A DNA stretch of 64,000 nucleotides. Origin: Ancylonema sp. (taxonomy: Eukaryota). The position numbers and the translations under genes are program-made. Every line of letters begins with the position of its first letter. Position 1 is the first letter of the stretch. The notes beneath the pieces are model-generated. The model had not been told where the DNA came from. It saw nothing but the letters and a program-made list of their open reading frames with translations, and searched no databases. Positions 55,346 through 64,000 of this stretch are shown one piece after another. Location: positions 1 through 64,000 of the forward strand of contig JBFLGF010000122.1 of assembly GCA_050230475.1 (NCBI GenBank), written 5' to 3'.

Positions 55346-56943
55346 CGGTCTATCATGCGTGTTTGATCTCCGACATAATTTCGGTTAAGATAAACGTTTT
55401 TTTTCCCCAACACCTATTTGAGCATATGGTACATTTGGCAAACTTGAAGCGAGAATTCAAAAAGTGGTGTCTTAAATTATTAAAAAAAACGAAGTCGGAA
55501 TGAAAAACAAAAAGAGAACGATGGGAATCATCGCTTATTGCGGAGTCATTTTATAACGTAATCCATCGCCGCATTTTCTCTACAAATCGGCATTTCTTTT
55601 CTAATCTACAACCAAAAACGTGGACAAATAATATAATAATTGCATCATGTCATCACAACTTGGAGGGGAAAATAGCGTGTCTAAGTAAACCGCACGACCG
55701 TGCAAGGAAATTCAAGACATTTATTTCATACATTAAAGCGAAAATCATATCGCCACACCATCATCTCCCTACAAAGTGACGCATGTTTCATTATTGAGGA
55801 CCACCAGTGTCGACACAAACACTTACGACAGCTTCGCTTTCATCAAGGGTGAAGTATAGGTGCTTTAATAAAAATAAATGCCAAGTTGTGGCAATAACTC
55901 ATAATAATTGTAGAATTAGCTTTGTGTGGTTGTGTGACTATATGGTGTATTGTGTTGGTGTCGTGAGCGGATGAATTAATTGTACGTGAATGTGAAACGC
56001 CTAATATGTAGGTTGCACTTAGGCGAATGTGGCGCGCAGCGAGCACTAAAACTAAATACCGGTATAGTTGAGTGCCGGTTTGTGTTACACAATATTCGCT
56101 AAGTTTTGCATTATTTGAGTGAGCACTAGTGAGGGAAGTTGAATAGTCGCATAGCCTAGGTCACGTGAAATGACGTTGGCGAGTAGTTCTAGTCAACCGA
56201 CGCACCGGTTGGTTGAACAGATTTGTCCTCGATTTGTGAGGCGAATCCATATAGGCTCCTCGGAGCTTTCATTATTCTTAATTCATACCAACACTCCTTT
56301 CGCATCGTGTGTGATTTCCGATTCTTTGTGTCGTGTCACGGACCAGTGGTCTTTGTATGTAATTCACGCGGGTCGACGATCCGACAAATTGAAGTCATGT
56401 ATGGCAGGCTAGGGATTGGTCCACTCTGCCCGACCCTACAAAGGGGCCACGTGCGCTTTGCGATGCCTCATTCATTGTCGCTACGCCTTCCAGTGCGATC
56501 TCACCAAGCCATTTTTTTGATTTCTCAACAAAGCCCTCTTGGTCGAAGATGAGGCCGGGGATCATGATGTGACTCAATTTTGTACGCCCCAATGAGAGGT
56601 CACAATCGCTCAAATTTTATGTATCGCAGCTCATGGCATACATTAACCGATTGAGCTTGACATAGTCTTGATATGCCGAAATGTGTTGTCCGATGTCCAC
56701 TTAGACTCTCCGCAATGGCGGCATATCACTTGTTAAAGGCCTAGTGATTTCCCCCCCCAAGCATTTTTGGCCCTAATTTGACGGTTGGGAGTGGGAAATG
56801 CTCCTGAATTGAACGTAATTCGAAATGTATATTTTAAGATTTTTATAGTGCATTCCAGGCGTGCCCCTATTCTGATTTTGTAATTACGGCCTATATATCC
56901 CTACTCATGAAAACGACTTTAAGCCTTGCCATCCCTGTACAAA

Positions 56944-56974
<31 letters not shown>

Positions 56975-58197
56975 CCCCCTTCGTGAAATGTTATGTCATA
57001 TTTCATGCCAGAGGGCGGACGACGTGGACCTCCAAACTTGTCATTTTTGGATCCGACCTTGATTATTATTTACAAAAATCGGCAAGCCGTCGTAAACTGA
57101 GATTTGCAAAGATTGCAGCGGACGGAGGGCGCGACTCATAACGGGAAAAATCGCGAAGGATGTAGAGGCGTTGGATACAACGAGGAGGAGGAGGTGAAGG
57201 AGGAGGTGGTCGCGGTGATAGAGGAGGATCCGAAAGTTAGTCCAAAATCCCCTTCCGAGGTTGACGATATTGAAGATCACGATCCCCGGTTTGATCTCCG
57301 ACCAAGGGGGCTTTGGTTTGAAAGTAAACAAGTGGTTTGGTGATTTCAAACACCACAAGCTCATTCTTAAAAAAACAAAATTTACGCTTCAAACAACCTA
57401 AGTTTCCAAAATGTGTAGTACGTTCAATGATGCTGGGAGAATTGTTTCTGTTGGACAAAAAATGATGTGTGTGGTGTGTGTGTGGTGATTGTATGACTAG
57501 TTCACACATGAATAAGAAGGTGTAGAAATGGCGTAGGAAATCCTGGTCCTGGTTAAAGTGTAGCAATGTGCCTATTCCCCTATCTTTGCCTATTCGTTTT
57601 TGAAATGTGTTTAAAACATACGTTCCCTTCGAGCTCTATAGTTCCCGGTTGCCCCACTATGGTCAAAACTTGCCAAATGATGTAGATAAGATGTTTATAT
57701 TAAGATGTTTGTATTTCTTTATAAGATGTCTATGTATATTGAGTTTCTAGCAATTCAGGGTAACCCCTAATCGGGGTTTTTTAGTTGACTAAACTCCGGA
57801 TAAAAAAAATAGGGCCAAATTTGCGATCTCTTGTGTAGTAAAACTTGACTTGATGCATATTGTCGGGATTGGTGACAAATATGAATTAATATAAGTTAAT
57901 AATAAATTAATGGAGCTCGTATTTCAACACCCTAAAAAAATAATTCGACACCCTTTCCATTGACGGGGACCGTAGATACGGTTCAAACAGATTTGGTGGC
58001 CTGTGAGCCGTCGGTTAGTAGTACGGCCTACTTTCTCGAATCCCAGTTTTAGATATGTTAGATCTACGGGCCGCAAACAAATTTTCACCGTTCGCATGTA
58101 CAACGTGGCCCCTTCTCAAGGCTGTACCATTGTTTAGATAAATTAATACGTCAGAGTCTGGGTGATAGCCCGAAATGAAGACACGTTATCAATATTA

Positions 58198-58674
58198 TGT
58201 GAGACAAGTTATCAATTAGTATAAGCTTTTGAGTGATTAGACTTGCCGGACTAATTTGGTGGGCGACAAAACGAACCGTACGCAAAAGGATCTCTATCAC
58301 TGATGATCAACGTGCCAGGAGTTGCGTGTGTGGACCGAATTATTATTGTGATTGCATCGGGGATGGTAATACCCGTTGCGCTTTACAGATTGTTGCGTGC
58401 CGACGGTCGGCACATGACCGTCGGCCTATCATAGTGACTGACAGACAGCTCTTCTAAATGTCAACGGCACATGCCATTTCTGACACGACAAAACTAGCCA
58501 GTCACGACGCTTCGACCAAATAACGTCTCTAAGCGTCGGACACATGTCAGGTGCCCGGGCACAAACTTGCCCGGCCCCGCATACAGGCACATCTAGAATA
58601 TTGCTCCCGGTTAGAGTAACCGGTCACACCTGGACTAGCACGCATAACATATGGCTATCCAAAATATTCTAACA
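58198..58674 (-). repeat. 3' LTR of the Ty1/copia element (~477 bp)
   Basis: Minus strand: PPT GAGGGGGTG, then TGTTAGA (58674) ... TCTCACA (58198); TG...CA ends with a 6/7 inverted match. Confidence 0.7.
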
Positions 58675-61600
58675 CACCCCCTCGGATGCCAAGCTAAAGT
58701 TATGCAGACATCAAAAGGAGTACCCAAGTCATTGCCAAAACATGGCAGAACCATCACATAACATATACTTTGGTCTTCCCTAGCATAAAATGTGCTAGGG
58801 GAAACTATCGATAAATGCAGCCGTTCGGAAGACGATCGGAAGACGATCAAGCCGTCGGAACTCTTCAGAAGACGATCGCTCCATCTTTGTCGTTTTTCGG
58901 GCGCCCTGCACATACAAAAATGCCACAAGTTAGGCGAAAAACAAAAAAACTTATGAAAATATTTTTGATTTCTTAACTTTTTCAACACGACTGAAAACTT
59001 CACACTTTCCAGTCAGAACTCTCAAAACAGCATAACTTCAAAATCAAATCCTATCGGCACCAACTTTTGACACAAGCTTTGCAACGATGATTAGGACATA
59101 CATACGAAAATTCAGAACCAACTGACAAGTTTAAAGTTCAACAGATTCACACTTTCTGATTTCAAAGTGTACTTAAAGCGTTTTCAGGTGTCTTTTCGAG
59201 GTGTTTGGGTGAAAGTGTGGACTTAGCTGGATGAGGCTGAAAGTTGGTGTACCCTCCCCATTACTTCTGCCTGAAAAAAACATAACAACCCCCTGCCAAC
59301 ATGCATGGCATTCGAAACCTTCGATCATAAAAATAAAAGAAATCTACTGACACCCCCAGTTCAGTATAACCGTCCAAAACCTAGACTTGTGCTGTGTCTG
59401 TCTAGTAAATCTTGGGGTAGAGCTTTAGTTAGCATATCTGCTGGTTGATTTGCGCCTGCAAGATACACATATTTTAGTCTCCCCGTGCTGTGGCATTGTA
59501 CCCAGTGATATACCACATTAAAAAAATGTTTTGCTTTCTGTCTTTGCACAGGATTCTGGATCATGGAGAGAGGCTGAGGTTGAATCCAGTGTGGATTGTG
59601 ATTTGGTGTGGGAATTTGAGTTCTTTCAAGAGAGACCTTTAGATAACAGCATTCTTTAGACACACTACAGGCAGCAATATACATACTCAGCCTCAGCAGT
59701 GCTCTGTGCAACAGTTGACTCTGTACTTCCAACTCAGTGCTGTCCCCCCAACCGTGGTTACCCATCCCTGTGACTTGACTTCCCTGTCATGCTACAACTG
59801 TTCCATGATGCATCGCAGTAAACCCTTTACTTCAAATGTGTCTTTTCCCACAAACGTCAGTCCGTGGTTGACAGTGTTGCCTTCAAGTATCTGTATAGTT
59901 GATGTAGAGCCCTTATGTGTGCCACCCCAGGCTTCCCCAGGTGTTTTGCCAGTACCCCAAGTGCATACCCGATGTCCAGTCTGGTTTGTTTCATGGCATA
60001 TATGAGTGATCCCACTTTCCCACGAAAGTCTGTTATTTCTTCAGGGGTAGGGGGAAGAGTTGGTTGGTTCATCATTCTGTGTGAATTGAGGGCGAGTGGG
60101 AGTTTGGTTGGATTACACTCATGCATCCCATAGCGTTCAAGCACTCCCCTTAAGAATCCTGACTGTCCCAGTGCGAGCAGTCTTCTCTGTCTATCCCTCT
60201 TCACTTCCACCCCCAGGATATGGGTTAGGGAACCCAGATCCTTAACTTTGAACTTTTTACCCAGATCTTCTTTAAAATTTTTGACGACCATTGCGTTAGG
60301 ACCTGTGATCACCTGATCATCTACATGTATTCCCAGTATGATTCTGCTCTCTGCGTCCCCCCTCATATATATACATGTGTCCATTACGCACTGTTTAAAC
60401 CCTTCAGATATCATAAATTTTCTGAACATTTCCTGCCATACGTGGCTAACTCTGCTTTAGACCGGATAAAGCTCCCCTTCCGTCGTAAGACCTTTCCCTC
60501 AGCACCCCCATTGATATACATTACGTGGTGGTATTTTCATGTAAACTTCTTCCTCCAGACGTCCATGAGGAACGCTGTGATTACGTCCATCTGTTCCAGT
60601 TCCCAGTCATATTGGTTTGCTATAGAGAGGAGTAGGGTGATAGATGTACTGTCAATTACTGGTGCAAATACTTCATTATAATCAATACCCTCTTGTTGTA
60701 AGGAACCCCTGGCGACCAGTCTGACTTTATATCTTTCAATATCCCCCTGTGGTGTTGTTTTGACCTTAAACACATATCTGCACCCCACAGCCTTTTTACC
60801 TGGAGGAAGCACACACACCTCAAAGGTGTTGAACGTCTCCAGGCTGCTAACTCCTCCACAATGGCCCTGTCCCACTGGTCCCAGTCTCGCCTCATCATCG
60901 CATGGTTGAGTGTGAGTGGCTCGGAGGAGTTGCTGTTAGATGCTACGCACGCGTAGCCCGGATCCACAGGACCGTTGAAGCCAGTGTAGAAACTGCTGGG
61001 CTCCCACTCAGTCGCTGAGTAGTTGGCGTGTGCTGCGTCATCAAACTCCTCCCCATCACATCACATGAGGTCCCCATACTCCGCAAAGTTGGCTCGCCTC
61101 CTGGCCATCACCCGATCTGCTACACTGCCAGGCTCCCCCACATCTGGGTTCGCACCCCCTCCTTGCACCTCCTCCTCCCCTGCATCTCCACCTCCTGCGT
61201 TGTTGATCCCTGATTGGCTGTCAGACAGCACAATCGTGGCGTTAGAGACCTCAGCAGCTTGTGGCTGGAAGTTGTCGTGCGGATAGTCGTTGGCAGCTGC
61301 TGGCTCAGGGACTGCTGGTTCTGCTGGTGCTGGGAGGCTGCAGAACTGCTGGCATCGGAACTGCTGCTGCTGGCATGTTGGGGTGGACTGCTGCTGCTGG
61401 CACCACTGCTCTGCTGCTGCTGGCATGTTGGGGTGGACTGCTGCTGCTGGTACAACTGCTGCAGCTGGTTCATCTTCAGGGTCGGGGAAAAGGTAGAAAA
61501 AGTGTTTTTTCGCTGCCTCGTGAATCTGGGGAGCTCTCCCCCCCATCAGCTTCGGGTACCCCGGCACCTCCTCAAAGAACCTCACGTCCATGCGTCCCCA

Positions 61601-64000
61601 GCTCTATGGGGATTGTAGCCTGCACTCCCCGCAGCCATCCCCAGAAACACACCAAAGCTGCGACGAGGGGCAAACTTGTCCCCTTGACTGTTCTTTTCCC
61701 CCCCAACCTTCAAATATTGGACCAGACACCCGAAATTATGACATTTATTAACTGTCATTTTCTTCCCCTCCCAGACCTCAATTGGAATTTTCCCAGAAAG
61801 CGACTTAGTGGGTGTTCTATTCCTCAACCAGTTTGCATGTAACAATGCCACGTCCCAATAAGACTTCGGTAGACCTGACCAGATTAAGATGCATCGCATT
61901 TTTTCTGTCAGTGTTCGGTTCAGTCTTTCACAGATTCCGTTTTGTTCAGGACTATATGCTTCTGTGGTTTGTTTATCAATACCCTTCCCCCCACCGTAGT
62001 TTATCCAGTCCTGAGACACATACTCCCCTCCCTTATCTGTCCGAATAGACTGTAGGGGCAGACCTGACTGGACCTCGAGCAATTGTATAGTGACCTTTGC
62101 CCGATTCAGTGCTTCATCCTTTGTTTTTAACAAGCTCACAAATGACAGACGTGTGGATACCTCGATCCCTGTCTGAGCATATGTATACCCTCCGTTAGCT
62201 GACCTTACAGACAGTGGCCCAATGAGATCGAGGTGAATGCGATCCATCTTGGGGCATGTCCCCAGATCTGCACTGACCTTAGCATGACTGAGCTGAGTCA
62301 TCTTCCCCTGACAGCAAACCTGACATCCCTTTACTTCAGTTAATTCCCCCTGACTTAACTCTGGGATGTCCCCACGTCTGGCGAAATCTGACATCACATC
62401 AGAACTGGGGTGACCCAATTTGTGATGCCAGACCATGCCTGTGGACAAATTCGCTGTTGTATCATGAGATCCAGGCATAACGATTGTGGCAGCAAGCAGA
62501 GTCAGACCACTAGGCTGCTGCAACACATCAGCCCATTTCACATTTCCCTTGTTTAATTCAGGACCCGTGGGCAGCTGTAGAAAGCTCAGCCCACCTCTTC
62601 TGACGAGGCACGATGTCGACACGAGGGTGCAGGCAAAGGTTGGGGACGTGGATCGAGCCTGAGTGGCTGCACAAAAAAAAGTGTCGCCATTCCTCACTCG
62701 GGATGTGCACGAAACCAGTTCCCTCCACCGTGTGGTGACGAGCCGTCAGCAGGTGGTGATGAAGGCCTGCTGCGTGCTCAGGGTAGGTGTGTTACTCCAC
62801 AAAGTGTTCACGTGCCGTGAATATGTGGTCAGTAGCACCTGAATCCAGGATCAAGGAGTCTGAGTGAGGACCAGGACATTGCCCGGGCAACATTGAACGT
62901 GAGAAAGCACCAAAAGCTAAATAATCCACATTAGCGTTGAAGGGTTTGTCAGCAAAGCGAGCAAGTCTAGCTTGTGCATCAGCTCTCCTAGCAGCCTCTG
63001 GGTTCATTAGAGCCATGTCAGATGTTCTTTTTCTGCAATGTTCAATTGTGTGACCGACAATGTTGCAATATCTGCACTTCTGCCTCCCCCCTGAACTTCC
63101 CTGAGTAGCGTGCGCAACAGTTCCAGCTGCTGGTGATGTCGCAGGGCATTGCGCAGCTCGGTGGCCTGCCTGATGGCTGTGACACTTTTTCCATGGCCCC
63201 GTATGGCCTCCGCCAGATGCTGGTGAAGGGCAGTTCGCTCTGATGTGCCCAAATTTGTGGCAGTTGAAGCATTCGACGCCTGCAGCGTCTCTGCGACCAG
63301 CTCCAGATGCACCACCAGATCTGCTGCTACCTCCAGCTCCATTCCCCCCCCCAGGTCCGCCATAGTGCGCCTGGTGTCCTCCGGGCAGCGCCCCCCTTTT
63401 TCGGTCGTTCAGCTCTTTCCGCACGTCGTCGCGAAGCAGCGCACTCACGATGTGTGGAATCGTGAAGAGGTGTGGCGACGACTCCGACCATGGCATCAGC
63501 GTTGAAACCATCGGACTGTAATGCGTGTTCAGCGAATTTAGCAGGTTAAACGCCTGCTTCGTTGGAGAAACTGGTGCCCCCAGATTCTTCAGGTCCTGGT
63601 GCAGCTGCTGCAGACGCTTCACGTACACGTTGAGGTCCTCTGCCTCCGTCTGAATGATAGCGCTCAGCAATGCCTCCGTATTTGCGATCTCGATCGCACC
63701 CTGCACCTGGTAGAATGTCCGCAGAGCATCCCACATGCCGGCAGCTGTTGTGCAGTCCGTGACGTGCGTCAGCTCCGATGGCCCCAGGTGCTTCACGATG
63801 TAAGACATAGCAGCCAGATTGTCCTCGTCCCATTTCTCGAGCTCCAGAAGCTGCTGGGAAATCTGCTGTTGTCGCACCAACACTTCGACATCCACGTCGA
63901 TCCCCCTGGCGGCTAATTGCAGCTCGTTATCAGGTGTCAATGGAAGGATCACGTCTGCGCGACACTTTCGCGGCAAACTGTCCCAGTCCATCACCAAACG
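58198..64000 (-). mobile_element. Ty1/copia LTR retrotransposon, degenerate (stops/frameshifts), 5' end beyond window
   Basis: Domain order gag (CFNCHKFGHIRANC, CRYCNIVGHTIEHC), protease (LILDSGATDH), integrase (WHHKLGH..CQVC, HLDLIGP, RTDKGGEY, EQNGICERLNRT), RT (YKVRLVARG, QMDVITAFL, HVDD), RNase H (NQPADMLTKAL). Pol is broken across several frames, 62697-59361. Confidence 0.97.

Noticed and set aside
57104..57343. Acidic 79-aa ORF
   Set aside because: Short, no motif, in probable repeat-derived DNA; cannot be supported as a gene.
61214..61842. Plus-strand Cys/Trp- or Leu-rich ORFs
   Set aside because: Antisense shadows of the copia pol CAG/CTG-rich linker.

Overview
Eukaryotic, intron-rich, transposon-littered nuclear DNA from the green-plant lineage. 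The STRAP, RCI2 and UTr proteins are plant-like; a streptophyte alga is my inference, not shown. Most six-frame ORFs are noise, so genes were rebuilt by hand from GT-AG exons. Host genes: STRAP/UNRIP WD40 (+, 6422-11357); an orphan multi-exon gene ending in a MYND zinc finger (+, ~15016-20157, one internal stop); two tandem RCI2/PMP3 proteolipid genes (-, 22439-23819 and 31893-33798); a 3'-truncated ZIFL-like MFS transporter (+, 37120-38915); a UDP-galactose/UDP-glucose transporter of UTr1/3 type (+, 40429-44123); and a 13-exon non-canonical phosphoglycerate kinase (-, 47307-51586). Intergenic DNA holds many hAT, Tc1/mariner-pogo and PIF/Harbinger MITEs (several nested), copia remnants, a probable 5' LTR at the left edge and a degenerate Ty1/copia element at the right edge. 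Most notable: (1) an in-frame 23-aa extension ending in a KKxx ER-retrieval motif behind the UTr TAG stop; (2) the divergent PGK; (3) a hAT-type element carrying intron-containing SWIM-finger exons; (4) RCI2 stop codons that overlap a splice donor, so splicing need not change the protein.
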